DNA from: Cytophagales bacterium
GTDB taxonomy: Bacteria > Bacteroidota > Bacteroidia > Cytophagales > Amoebophilaceae
Assembly: GCA_020629455.1 (NCBI GenBank)
Contig: JAHDDH010000002.1
Coordinates: forward strand, 43,349 to 107,348
DNA: 64,000 nucleotides
Direction of reading: 5' to 3'
Shown here: positions 48,028 to 57,911 of the stretch, in pieces
Layout of the letters: each line of letters begins with the position of its first letter
Position numbering within the stretch: the stretch's first letter is position 1
The notes under the pieces: generated by a model
What the model was told of the DNA's origin: nothing
Database searches by the model: none
Seen by the model: the letters and a program-made list of their open reading frames with translations, nothing else
Made by a program: the position numbers and the translations under genes

Positions 48028-50670
48028 TTATTGAAATGCTTGGTTAAGAATTTGCTCCTGCTCTTGACGGTGTATGCAGCCATAGCCAGTGGCTGGCGTA
48101 GGACTTGCAGCTCTTGTAATGTATTGACAATCGTTGAAATGCGATAAATTATTTTTTATATAATGACATGCCCCCATATTTTCTGGTTCTTCTTGTACCC
48201 ATGCATAGGTAATTTTTTGAGGATATGTTTGCAAAATTTTTTCAAAGCTCTTTTGAGGAAAAGGATATAACACTTCTATACGGATAATGGCCACATCATT
48301 TTTTTTTTCTTGTACTCTTTTTTGAAGAAGTTCATAATAAATTTTTCCACTGCAAAATAAAATCTTTCTTACATATGTTTTTGCTACCAAAGCATCATCA
48401 ATCACAGGCAAAAAACCTTGGGTTGTACAATCTTCCACAGCAGATAATACCTTTGGATGTCGTAATAAAGATTTAGGAGACATAATCACCAAAGGAATTT
48501 TTTGAGGAGATAGTGCCTGTCTTCGAAGAAGATGAAAAAGATTAGCAGGTGTTGTAAGATTCGCTATTTGTAAATTTTCTTGGGCACAAAGTTGTAAAAA
48601 CCTTTCTAAACGAGCACTTGAATGTTCAGGCCCTTGTCCTTCATAACCATGAGGTAATAACATCACCAATCCTTGTGCAATCCCCCATTTGGCTTTTGCA
48701 CTGCCAATAAACTGATCTATAATAACTTGTGCACCATTGGAAAAATCACCAAACTGTGCCTCCCAAATAGTCAACGCCTGTGTATGGGCCAATGCATAAC
48801 CAAATTCAAAGCCCAAAGCCGCATTTTCTGAAAGCAAAGAATTTTCTATCGTGCACAACGCTTGCTCAGGATGTAAATGGTTAAGTAACGGATAAGTAAG
48901 ATTTGTTAAACTATCTTTTAAAACTGCATGTCGATGAGAAAAAGTACCTCTTTGTACATCTTGCCCTACCAAACGTACCGGATTATGGGATAATAATAAC
49001 GTAGCATAAGCCAATAATTCTGCTGTTGCCCAATCTATTTTTTTTTCTTGACTATATAAATATCTTCGTTTTTCAAAAAGTTTTTTGATTTGTTTGAGTG
49101 GGGTAAAACCTTGAGGAAAAGATGTCAATTTTTCAATCAAAATATGTATCGTTTCTAGAGAAACAGTGGTTGGAATAACTGATAATGAAGATGGAAATTT
49201 ATGTGTATCATTTAAATGAGGCTCAATAGAAGAAAATTGTTTTGTTATATCTAAAGCTTTCTGTAATTTTTGTTGTTCATTAATGTTGTATGCCTGTACA
49301 AAAGATTCATCTATCACATGATTGGCTAACAATTTTTCAGTGTATTTTTGCACTACATGGGTATGGTTTCGAATTTTTTGATACAAAGTAGGCTGTGTAA
49401 AACGGGGTTCATCACTTTCGTTATGCCCATATTTTCGATAACAAACTAAGTCAATAAAAATATCACGGGCAAATTTTTGTCGAAAAGAAAAAGCCAACTG
49501 CATGGCAAAATAAACTGCTTCTGGATCATCTCCATTCACATGCAAAACAGGTGCATCAATTACTTTGGCAACATCTGTACAATAAAAACTTGTTCTTGCA
49601 ACGGTTGTTTCTGTAGTAAATCCTATCTGGTTATTGATAACTAAATGAATAATTCCACCTACATTATAGGCAGGCAGTTGACTCATCTGTGCCAATTCAT
49701 AACCTATCCCTTGTCCTGCCAAAGCCGCATCTCCATGAATCAAAAGAGGCATCACATTTTGTGAAGGAATCAAATTTTTTTGTGCTATTGCTTTGGCATA
49801 GCCTTGTGCTACAGCATTCACAAATTCAAGATGAGAAGGATTGGGTAAAAGCTGTATTTGTGTTTGCTGTATATGATGGTGGTAGCCCAGATGATATTTC
49901 ACATCTCCATATTCCGTAACATTTTTTTCTTCAAACAAACCAAAAAGCATGGATAAAGGTTGTTGTAATATATTGGCCAAAACATTCAAACGGCCTCTAT
50001 GTGCCATGCCTATCACCACTGTATGCATATAATTTTGCACACTTTTCTGAATACAAGTATCTAAAGCTACAATCATAGATTCTCCTCCTTCTAAAGAAAA
50101 TCTTTTTTGTCCTAAATATCTTTTTTGCAAAAAAGATTCAAAATTTTGGGCTGATAATAATTTTTGCGCAATATGTTTTTGTATAGAAGGATGAACTGTC
50201 AGGGCATAAAAATTCTTTTCTATTTTGTCTTGCAACCATTTTTTTATATAGGTATCTTGTATGTGCTGGTATTCAAAACCTATAGTATGACAGTATATTT
50301 TTTTTAGTTTTTCAATGGCTTGTCCTAAAGTAGCAATTTGTAAAGGCTGAATGGACTCAAAACCAAAGGAAAGATCTTCTACTGTAAGACCAAAATATGA
50401 TGTATCAAAACTGGCCAGTGTAGTAGGAGCTGTTAGTGGATCCACATGGGCTTGGGTATGGCCTTTTGTTCTATATTGTTTGATCAATTGTGCAACGGCC
50501 ATTTCTTTTGCAAAGGCATTCGATGTGGTGTTTGCAAAATTTTTTTTTTCTAAGTTTTTAAAAAATGTATGCCAACTTTTATCTACTTGTGTAGGATCTT
50601 TTTTGTAACGGCTATAAAGATGGTCAATATAGGGATGCTGTCTTAATATTACCTCAGAAGATTGAATCAT
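48028..50670 (-). CDS. sucA: 2-oxoglutarate dehydrogenase E1 component
   Basis: 880 aa. GMAHRGRLNVL, HGDAALAGQG, NNQIGFTT, YRKYGHNESDEP, EAQFGDFSNGAQ and LLPHGYEGQGPEHSSARLERFLQL are all canonical and look intact. Confidence 0.96.
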   Translation of the reverse strand: MIQSSEVILRQHPYIDHLYSRYKKDPTQVDKSWHTFFKNLEKKNFANTTSNAFAKEMAVAQLIKQYRTKGHTQAHVDPLTAPTTLASFDTSYFGLTVEDLSFGFESIQPLQIATLGQAIEKLKKIYCHTIGFEYQHIQDTYIKKWLQDKIEKNFYALTVHPSIQKHIAQKLLSAQNFESFLQKRYLGQKRFSLEGGESMIVALDTCIQKSVQNYMHTVVIGMAHRGRLNVLANILQQPLSMLFGLFEEKNVTEYGDVKYHLGYHHHIQQTQIQLLPNPSHLEFVNAVAQGYAKAIAQKNLIPSQNVMPLLIHGDAALAGQGIGYELAQMSQLPAYNVGGIIHLVINNQIGFTTETTVARTSFYCTDVAKVIDAPVLHVNGDDPEAVYFAMQLAFSFRQKFARDIFIDLVCYRKYGHNESDEPRFTQPTLYQKIRNHTHVVQKYTEKLLANHVIDESFVQAYNINEQQKLQKALDITKQFSSIEPHLNDTHKFPSSLSVIPTTVSLETIHILIEKLTSFPQGFTPLKQIKKLFEKRRYLYSQEKKIDWATAELLAYATLLLSHNPVRLVGQDVQRGTFSHRHAVLKDSLTNLTYPLLNHLHPEQALCTIENSLLSENAALGFEFGYALAHTQALTIWEAQFGDFSNGAQVIIDQFIGSAKAKWGIAQGLVMLLPHGYEGQGPEHSSARLERFLQLCAQENLQIANLTTPANLFHLLRRQALSPQKIPLVIMSPKSLLRHPKVLSAVEDCTTQGFLPVIDDALVAKTYVRKILFCSGKIYYELLQKRVQEKKNDVAIIRIEVLYPFPQKSFEKILQTYPQKITYAWVQEEPENMGACHYIKNNLSHFNDCQYITRAASPTPATGYGCIHRQEQEQILNQAFQ

Positions 50671-50739
50671 TACAGTGGAATAAATATAAAGGTTATAATA
50701 CAGAATTATGGATATGCTATCAAATAATCATTACTTTTT

Positions 50740-51117
50740 TCAATAGAAAGCATCTTCCAAATGTAGTATATGCATTTGTTGTGGATTTAAAATGGCAATA
50801 ATATCAAACCGAATATCCTGCTGCCATTTTTTTTCAATCATATATTGTACTGATGCTGACAATAATAAGGCTTGTTTCTTTTTATTCACAAATTGTTCAG
50901 GATTACCAAAATGATTATTTTTTCTTGCTTTTACTTCTACAAAAACCAATATATTTTCCTTTTGCACAATAATATCAATTTCAGCTCGTTGGTAACGATA
51001 ATTTTTTTCTAATAAAGTATATCCTTTTTGCTGTAAATATTTTACAGCATGTGCTTCAGCTAAAGCACCCCATTTTTTTCGTTGTTGATTTTGTATTTTT
51101 TTTGAATCAGTAAACAT
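50740..51117 (-). CDS. yraN: YraN-family (UPF0102) endonuclease-like protein
   Basis: 125 aa. GALAEAHAVKYLQQKGYTLLEKNYRYQRAEIDII...VFVEVKAR is the family's PD-(D/E)XK-like core. Confidence 0.85.
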   Translation of the reverse strand: MFTDSKKIQNQQRKKWGALAEAHAVKYLQQKGYTLLEKNYRYQRAEIDIIVQKENILVFVEVKARKNNHFGNPEQFVNKKKQALLLSASVQYMIEKKWQQDIRFDIIAILNPQQMHILHLEDAFY

Positions 51118-51144
51118 TTTTTAAAATAGAATACCTGTGAAAAT

Positions 51145-51597
51145 TTATTTAAAAATACGTTGATGGACTCTTTCAAGGTCTCTTTTTTTTATGGCTTGTC
51201 TTTTATCATGCAGCTTTTTTCCTTTTGCCAAAGCAATTTGCACTTTAACAAATCCTTTATCATTGATAAATAAACGTGTAGGTACAATGGTAAGGCCTTT
51301 TTGTTTGGTTTGCATAAGTTTATTCAGTTCTTTTTTGTTGAGCAAAAGCTTTCTAGTACGAGTAGGTATATGATTATGGATATTTCCTTGTTCATAAGGC
51401 GATATATGCATATTTTTAATCCAAAGCTCTCTTTGATGGAGGTAACAATAAGATTCTTGAAAGCTCACCTTATTTTTACGTACAGATTTTACTTCTGTGC
51501 CTTGCAGTATGATCCCTGCCGTATATTCTTCAAGAAAATGAAATGAAAAACTCGCTTTTTTATTTTTGATGTCTATATTTTTAATAAGCTTTTTCAT
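51145..51597 (-). CDS. smpB: SsrA-binding protein SmpB
   Basis: 150 aa. NKKASFSFHF.E.Y.AGI.LQGTEVKS and a basic C-terminal tail. Confidence 0.95.
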   Translation of the reverse strand: MKKLIKNIDIKNKKASFSFHFLEEYTAGIILQGTEVKSVRKNKVSFQESYCYLHQRELWIKNMHISPYEQGNIHNHIPTRTRKLLLNKKELNKLMQTKQKGLTIVPTRLFINDKGFVKVQIALAKGKKLHDKRQAIKKRDLERVHQRIFK

Positions 51598-51604
51598 AGT
51601 AATC

Positions 51605-52486
51605 TTAATTTAAAAATGTGATTGTCTCTTTGGAAAAAACGGTATATACCAATGATTTATGCTGGGTAAATCCTAATATGTACCCTCCTCCCCCAGAGCC
51701 ACAAAGTTTCAAAAAATAAGCTTTTGAAGACAAACCATACTGCCATCGTGCATGTAAATGCACTGGAATCAATTCCTTGAAAAAAAGGAATGTAGTATAA
51801 GACAAACCATACATCGCATGCCAAAAATCGTATTTTCTGTGTAAAAAATGCTGTATACAAACATTGTTGTAACGCAGTATAGGTTTTAACCAATGATTCT
51901 GCAGTGGCGCTATTTTTTTTTCAAAAATACACTGAACAGACTGGGTAGTGGCTTGAATTTTTGTATTCAACAAAAATAAATATGTTTTCAAAGGCAATGG
52001 ATTTTTCATCAAAAACAATCTTTTTTTGTACAAAATTTTACGTTCCAAAAAGCAAACCATTGGGTCTATCCCAGAAGCAATAGCGCCATGAAAATATGCT
52101 TCCATCTGTTGAAAAATATTTTTCAAAAAAAATAAATTTTCTGTATGTACACCATATGCTTGATAAAGCGCCGCACACAAAGCTCCTGAACTTCCTAATC
52201 CGAAACCTTGTGGAATTGTTGACTTAAAAAAAAGCCCTTTGGCTAAATCTTTTTCAAATGAGTTAAGATAAAAATATTGCGATATTTTTTTTTTTTTTAA
52301 AAATTGAAAAAATTTTTGAAGAATATCATGAGATAATTGTGCTTGGGGTGTAAAAATAGATGTATAACACAACTGTCCTTGGTATTTTGAATAAGGCATC
52401 AGCAAGGCAGTGCCTCCGTACAAAACTACATATTCACCAAAAAGCAATATTTTACTATTGATAACAGGAAAAATAGCACCTTTCAT
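51605..52486 (-). CDS. GHMP-family kinase, mevalonate kinase-like
   Basis: 293 aa. N-terminal LFGEYVVLYGGTAL and GHMP motif II PQGFGLGSSGALCAAL. Its start overlaps the upstream diphosphomevalonate decarboxylase stop by 4 nt. I cannot separate mevalonate kinase from phosphomevalonate kinase by eye. Confidence 0.7.
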   Translation of the reverse strand: MKGAIFPVINSKILLFGEYVVLYGGTALLMPYSKYQGQLCYTSIFTPQAQLSHDILQKFFQFLKKKKISQYFYLNSFEKDLAKGLFFKSTIPQGFGLGSSGALCAALYQAYGVHTENLFFLKNIFQQMEAYFHGAIASGIDPMVCFLERKILYKKRLFLMKNPLPLKTYLFLLNTKIQATTQSVQCIFEKKIAPLQNHWLKPILRYNNVCIQHFLHRKYDFWHAMYGLSYTTFLFFKELIPVHLHARWQYGLSSKAYFLKLCGSGGGGYILGFTQHKSLVYTVFSKETITFLN

Positions 52487-53538
52487 AATAATTGTGTAGG
52501 ACCATTGCCTTGAGTATCATGTATCATTTTTTGATGATCACAAAAAGATAACAAAGATTCTTCTACAAATTTTTTTACTTGTAATGCTATTGTTGGAGGA
52601 TAGATCAAATGAATATTAGGGCCAGCATCAATGGTAAAACAAACAAAATATTGTTTATACTTTCTCCATGCAATAACGCGTTGTATAATGGCTAAACTAT
52701 TAGGATGCAAAAGCATATAATAAGGCTGAGAAGTCAACATCATGGCATGTAACAACAAAGCTTCCTTTTCTACAATGGCTATAAAACTTTCTACATCTCC
52801 TGTAGATAAAATGGATTTCATTTTTGCCATATGATCATTAGAAAGAGATATTTTTTGCTGCTTGAAAGGGTGATCATGCATCAAAAGATGCCCTTTTGTA
52901 CTAGATATTTTTTTTTTATTGGCATCCACAATAAGAATTGTATCGCATAAATTTTGGAATATAGGATGTATATTTTCTAAAGGAATAGCATAATGATCAC
53001 TGCTGTTAGCATACAAAGATGTATTTCCCCAGAGTGTAATCCCGCCAAAAACGGATCTACAAGCACTACCAGAACCTAAACGAGCAATGGAAGAAGCATG
53101 CCGAAAAAAACTAACATTGTCTATATACCTTGAAGGATTTATTTTTTTTTCTATTGTACAAAGACAAAGTGCCAAAGCACTCATACTAGCTGCAGAAGAA
53201 GCAATTCCTGCTGAATGAGGAAAATTATTTGTAGAAGATATACGTAAAGTAACTGTTTGAAGATAAGACAGTTGATCGTATATATTTTGTAGGAATTGAA
53301 TGATTTTTTTTTCAAAAAAAAAATGCTTTTGATTAGCAAAAAAAAACCCTTTTAAAATAGAATCTTTTTTTTCACGAGGAGAAAACTGGACATGCATTTG
53401 TGTGCATGATTGAGAAAGCGTGAGGCTTAAAGAAGGGTTAAGAGGAATTTGTTTATTTTTTTTACCCCAATATTTTATAAAAGCAATATTTGATGGACTT
53501 TTCCATATCACTTCTCCGGGTAAAAAATGGGTGTACAT
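52483..53538 (-). CDS. mvaD: diphosphomevalonate decarboxylase
   Basis: 351 aa. SNIAFIKYWGK, NFPHSAGIASSAASMSAL, ARLGSGSACRS and FTIDAGPN are MVD signatures. Confidence 0.9.
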   Translation of the reverse strand: MYTHFLPGEVIWKSPSNIAFIKYWGKKNKQIPLNPSLSLTLSQSCTQMHVQFSPREKKDSILKGFFFANQKHFFFEKKIIQFLQNIYDQLSYLQTVTLRISSTNNFPHSAGIASSAASMSALALCLCTIEKKINPSRYIDNVSFFRHASSIARLGSGSACRSVFGGITLWGNTSLYANSSDHYAIPLENIHPIFQNLCDTILIVDANKKKISSTKGHLLMHDHPFKQQKISLSNDHMAKMKSILSTGDVESFIAIVEKEALLLHAMMLTSQPYYMLLHPNSLAIIQRVIAWRKYKQYFVCFTIDAGPNIHLIYPPTIALQVKKFVEESLLSFCDHQKMIHDTQGNGPTQLL

Positions 53539-53540
53539 AT

Positions 53541-53576
53541 AAAAAATAGCGATTCTATCAAATATAGAATCGCTAT
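53541..53576 (-). terminator. strong intrinsic terminator after the peptide-binding-protein gene, abutting the mvaD start
   Basis: The minus strand reads ATAGCGATTCTAT-ATTTG-ATAGAATCGCTAT-TTTTT. That is a 13-bp perfect stem, a 5-nt loop and a T5 tract. The T tract ends 2 nt before the mvaD ATG at 53538. Confidence 0.7.
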
Positions 53577-53598
53577 CAAAAATAAAAGATTGAAAAAT

Positions 53599-55371
53599 TT
53601 ATTTTTTATGCTTTTTAAGAATATCTATATCCACATACTTTTCTAAACCAGCATGAAAATCTGTAAATATTAAATTTTTTACGTAATCATGATAAACATA
53701 TATATCTCCTTTTTTCATACTCACTATCACAGGTACATTTTCTGCAATATGCTCTGCCATTTTTTTATAGAGTTTTGTTCTTTCAGGACCATCTTCTAGT
53801 TTAGAAGCTTGTTCATACATTGCATCATAAATTGAATTATCATATTTTCCATAACTTCTTTTGAGCTCTCCCTTACTATAAAATAAAGATAAAAATGTTT
53901 CTGCATCTGGATAGTCTGGACTCCAAGCCATACCGTGCATCATGGTTGCTCCTTTATCTGTTTTTTCTATCAATTGAGGAAATAAATCTTGCACAATGAC
54001 AAGGTCAATACCAATAGCCTTCATATTTTGTTGTAAAAATTCCGCACCTTTTTTAGAATTTACGCCAATACTAGTGTTGTATGTAATTTTAGGTAAACCC
54101 TTACCTTCTGGATATCCTGCTTCTTGTAGTAGCTGTTTTGCTTTTAGCAAATCAAAATAACCATAAGGCGCTTTATAATCTGGATCATGCCCTGCAAAAC
54201 CTTTGGGTATAGTCGTATGTTGATAAGAAGATCTTCCATTACTAAAAATGGTATTTTGTTTATCTCTGTCAAAGGCTAAACTAATTGCTTGTCTTAATTT
54301 TTTGTTTTTAAATAATTCATGCTGTGTATTGAAAACAGTATAGCCTACAGATATATCTTCCTTTGTGAAAATTTTCATCCCTTTGTCTTTATACTCTTGT
54401 TTAAGCTGATGATTTTTTTCTAAAATATTTAATTCTACAGTACCACCTCTTAAATCTATATAATCTGCTTTTTTCTTTTGAAACTGTAACCATCTTGGCT
54501 GTTCTTCTGCTACAATATTTGTTACTATTTTATCTACAAAAGGCATTTGTTTGCCACCATATTGATCAATCATTTTTTGGAACTCGATATCTCCTTCTGT
54601 AGGAAAATAAACTTTTCTAAATTTTTTATTTTTGACATAAACAATTTTATTGTCATTAGGATTATAGCTTTCTACTGCAAAAGGCCCTGTACCAACAAGA
54701 TGATTATTAAAGTCATCCTTATAATATTCAATAGCTTCTTTTGCTACAACAAATGTAGGAGTCATAGTCAAAAAATTGACAAACTGTGCAGATGGTTTTA
54801 CTAATTTTATTTTTAAAGTATAGTCATCCGTTGCTTGCAAACCACTGATAGGTGTATCATAGTCTGCTGCTGCTTCTTGGTTTCTATTTTCTTGCCATGC
54901 ATCAAAACCTTCTATCTTTCCATCCAGTATCCAAGCCTGTTTAGCAGCATTTTTAGGATCTAAAAGCCTTTTCCATGAATAAATAAAATCATGTGCTGTT
55001 AACAATCTTCCTTTACCATTCTCAAAACAAGGATCGTCTTGAAAATAAACGTCTTTACGAATTTTAATAGTATAAGTCAAACGATCTTCTGAAACTTCAG
55101 GCATAGCCTCAGCTAAGTTGGGAGATAAGGTAAACGGTCTTTTAAGATAGTGGTATTCATACAAACCTTCATATACTTTAGACATTGCTTGTACAGAGTA
55201 TACATCTGTTCCCATGATAGGATCTAAAGAAGCAATAGGAGAATTAGAAAAAACTTCTAAAGTTTTACCTTTTTCCAATATTTTATCAGCTTCTATTCTA
55301 GGCTGTAATAATTTTTTCCAAACAATAAAAAGAAATAGTAAAGAGAGTGGTAAAAAATATCGAACTTTCAT
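53599..55371 (-). CDS. ABC transporter substrate-binding protein, family 5 (oligopeptide/dipeptide-binding type)
   Basis: 590 aa with an N-terminal membrane anchor or signal. Size and blocks (YTIKIRKDVYFQD, TAHDFIYSWKRLLDP, GTGPF) are typical of OppA/DppA-like SBPs. No permease or ATPase genes lie adjacent. Confidence 0.8.
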   Translation of the reverse strand: MKVRYFLPLSLLFLFIVWKKLLQPRIEADKILEKGKTLEVFSNSPIASLDPIMGTDVYSVQAMSKVYEGLYEYHYLKRPFTLSPNLAEAMPEVSEDRLTYTIKIRKDVYFQDDPCFENGKGRLLTAHDFIYSWKRLLDPKNAAKQAWILDGKIEGFDAWQENRNQEAAADYDTPISGLQATDDYTLKIKLVKPSAQFVNFLTMTPTFVVAKEAIEYYKDDFNNHLVGTGPFAVESYNPNDNKIVYVKNKKFRKVYFPTEGDIEFQKMIDQYGGKQMPFVDKIVTNIVAEEQPRWLQFQKKKADYIDLRGGTVELNILEKNHQLKQEYKDKGMKIFTKEDISVGYTVFNTQHELFKNKKLRQAISLAFDRDKQNTIFSNGRSSYQHTTIPKGFAGHDPDYKAPYGYFDLLKAKQLLQEAGYPEGKGLPKITYNTSIGVNSKKGAEFLQQNMKAIGIDLVIVQDLFPQLIEKTDKGATMMHGMAWSPDYPDAETFLSLFYSKGELKRSYGKYDNSIYDAMYEQASKLEDGPERTKLYKKMAEHIAENVPVIVSMKKGDIYVYHDYVKNLIFTDFHAGLEKYVDIDILKKHKK

Positions 55372-55561
55372 AACGGAACTTGATTTATAATTTATAATTT
55401 ATGGATTTTAAAAGATTATTTTTTACAATTCGTAAATATAATTTTTTTATTCAAAATGTTATTGCAAAGTACAAATTCACAAAATAACAAATTTAAACTT
55501 TAACAAAATATATAAAACCTCATCTGACAAGCAAAAAAATTGACTAAAACGTAACTAAAAA

Positions 55562-56413
55562 TTATGCCCTTGCATGTTTTTGGTCAAAAATATTTTTAAG
55601 ATATTCTATAGAGTGATGTGCATAAACTTGGGTAGCTGCAAGTGTTTTATGTCCTAACAAATTTTTTATGGCATACAATGGCGCACCATTTTGCAATAAA
55701 TGTGTAGCATAAGTATGACGCAATACATGAGGACTTTTTTGTTTAAGGTGAATAGATGATAAATACTTCTGTACAATACGATATATCATCATAGGATAAG
55801 CTTTTGCTCCTTTTTTTGTAGCGATCAAATAATCTTTATGAGATGTTTTTTTTGATAAAAAAAAATGTAATAACTGATAGAGCTCTTCTTCAAAAGGAAT
55901 TAATCGCTCTTTTCTTCCTTTACCTTGTACTTTTATATTACGACGGTATAAATCAATATTCTCTATTTTCAAATGGATCAATTCATCGAGCCTAATACCT
56001 GTATGATACAACAAAAAAAGAATTACCTTTTCTTGAATAGATACTTGTGTATCATTTTTTATAGCATCTAAGCACTGATGAATATTTTTTTTGTTTAAAA
56101 ATTGTGGAAGTCTTTGAGGAACAGGTATTTTTTTTATGGAATGGGCAGGATTATGAGGCAAATATTTTTTTTTTGTAAAGTATATATAGCAGCATTTTAT
56201 CGCAGTAATTTTTCTATTAACTGTAGTATGGGCATATTGCTTTTTTATCAATGTCAGAACAAACTGCTGAATATCTTCTCTTGTACAGGTAACAAGATTT
56301 TTTTTTGTATAATTTTGGAGAGATAATAAATCTTTTTTATAAGCTTTGATTGTGTGTGGACTAAGCCTTTTTTCGTAACAAAGATGATCTAAAAAACTTT
56401 TGACCATAATCAT
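55562..56413 (-). CDS. tyrosine recombinase, XerC/XerD family
   Basis: 283 aa. N-terminal SAM-like core-binding domain (FLDHLCYEKRLSPHTIKAY). Catalytic residues are in GIRLDEL, HVLRHTYATHLL and LLGHKTLAATQVY. Confidence 0.88.
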   Translation of the reverse strand: MIMVKSFLDHLCYEKRLSPHTIKAYKKDLLSLQNYTKKNLVTCTREDIQQFVLTLIKKQYAHTTVNRKITAIKCCYIYFTKKKYLPHNPAHSIKKIPVPQRLPQFLNKKNIHQCLDAIKNDTQVSIQEKVILFLLYHTGIRLDELIHLKIENIDLYRRNIKVQGKGRKERLIPFEEELYQLLHFFLSKKTSHKDYLIATKKGAKAYPMMIYRIVQKYLSSIHLKQKSPHVLRHTYATHLLQNGAPLYAIKNLLGHKTLAATQVYAHHSIEYLKNIFDQKHARA

Positions 56414-56425
56414 ATTAGGAAAATA

Positions 56426-56617
56426 CTACATGTCTTGAAAACGCATCTTTTTTATGTGTGCGATTTTAGATTTGATCAATTTATTTTTTAGTGCTGGCTT
56501 AATATATTTTTTTTTGTATTGCAACTGTTTGATCACACGTAGTGCCTCTAAATTTTTTTTGTAAACCTTCAACGCACTGTCTAGCGTATGATGCTTTTCA
56601 ACTTTAATAGTAATCAT
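56426..56617 (-). CDS. rpsU: 30S ribosomal protein S21
   Basis: 63 aa, basic. I.V......D.ALK.YKK..E and YIKP are consistent with S21. The position next to xerC is common in Bacteroidota. Confidence 0.85.
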   Translation of the reverse strand: MITIKVEKHHTLDSALKVYKKNLEALRVIKQLQYKKKYIKPALKNKLIKSKIAHIKKMRFQDM

Positions 56618-56717
56618 AGTGATTGAATATTGAATTATAAAATTAAACTAAGTTATAGAAAACGATAAATTTGATGAATATAAACAAAATTTAAAAAATG
56701 GTCACCAAATTTTAAAA

Positions 56718-57908
56718 CTAAAGATTGGCACGCTTTAATACAGTAGTGGTTACTCCATGTGCTTGAGCAACAGCCCACAAATTTTTTGTAGTATACTTTG
56801 GAATCTCCCCCTGGGGTAATGAATTACGTTTGTTTGTAAAATAGTAAATCTGCCCTGGCACTATAGTATGATCAATAGAAATTTCGTTGAACATCAAAAA
56901 ATCCTCCAATGCAATTTTTCCTATTTCAGCCAATAGCTCTATACTATCGTATTGTCTGGCAATAATGGCTGGTAATCCACGAATCCATACTTTAGATTCA
57001 TGATGTTTGCATACTATCATCGTGATAACGCTTTGATCATCTACAAGTTTAGGACATAATATTTCTCGTACAGCTAACGTCGTATGAGCAATAGGTAAAA
57101 TAACAACAGAGTTCACTGGCAATACAAAACTTTCATCTTTAAGCCATTGATTAAAAGATTGTAATAATTTATAATCAATTTTTAGTTGCTCAGCAACCTC
57201 TTGTAGGGTTTGTGATGTTGAATTTTGATAAATCTGCAAACTATAAGTTGGATGTTGAGATTTTTTTCCTAAGGCCTCTTCAAAAACAATTTTATGGGCT
57301 AACAAACGCAACAAATACCAATGATTTTTGTGTGTGATTTTCATTTTTTTCTTTTCTAAATATCGATCTTGAATATAATCTAAAGCACCTCCCCTGCCTG
57401 TCATGTATGAAATTACAGCATAACACCAATTGCCAAACTGCTCCTGACTCTTTTTAAAATAGCGCGCAGCCCCTTGCGTAGCTGCCAAAATATCCATACG
57501 TTGATCAATAAATTGTGTAAGTTTTAATCCCACTTCTTTCGCAGTAAAATCTTTGAATTGCCAAAAACCTACTGCATTGGATTTAGATACAGCGTTTGGT
57601 TTTAAACCGCTTTCTTGTATCGCAAGATATTTAATATCAAGTGGAATTGCATGGGCTTGCAAAATAGGTTCAATCAAAGGAAAATATAAATTGGCCTTGT
57701 CAACCAAATTTTGAAAATAAACCGCATTTTTTGTGAGCTGCTGTACTTCATACGTAATAATTTTTCGAGCTTTATCAGTCAAGATAAGCTCCATACCGGC
57801 AAATCGTAATTTTTTTTTTACCTCCCGAGCATGTATCTGCAACACATTAAAAAAAAATGGCATGAGATAAAAAAATCGACATAAAAACCATAAAAATTTT
57901 TTACGCAT
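56718..57908 (-). CDS. lytic transglycosylase (SLT domain) with LysM repeats, MltD-like
   Basis: 396 aa. SLT catalytic block YLAIQESGLKPNAVSKSNAVGFWQF. Two LysM-like segments (LQEVAEQLKIDYKLLQSFNQW and NLWAVAQAHGVTTTVLKRANL). Confidence 0.82.
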   Translation of the reverse strand: MRKKFLWFLCRFFYLMPFFFNVLQIHAREVKKKLRFAGMELILTDKARKIITYEVQQLTKNAVYFQNLVDKANLYFPLIEPILQAHAIPLDIKYLAIQESGLKPNAVSKSNAVGFWQFKDFTAKEVGLKLTQFIDQRMDILAATQGAARYFKKSQEQFGNWCYAVISYMTGRGGALDYIQDRYLEKKKMKITHKNHWYLLRLLAHKIVFEEALGKKSQHPTYSLQIYQNSTSQTLQEVAEQLKIDYKLLQSFNQWLKDESFVLPVNSVVILPIAHTTLAVREILCPKLVDDQSVITMIVCKHHESKVWIRGLPAIIARQYDSIELLAEIGKIALEDFLMFNEISIDHTIVPGQIYYFTNKRNSLPQGEIPKYTTKNLWAVAQAHGVTTTVLKRANL

Positions 57909-57911
57909 AAT

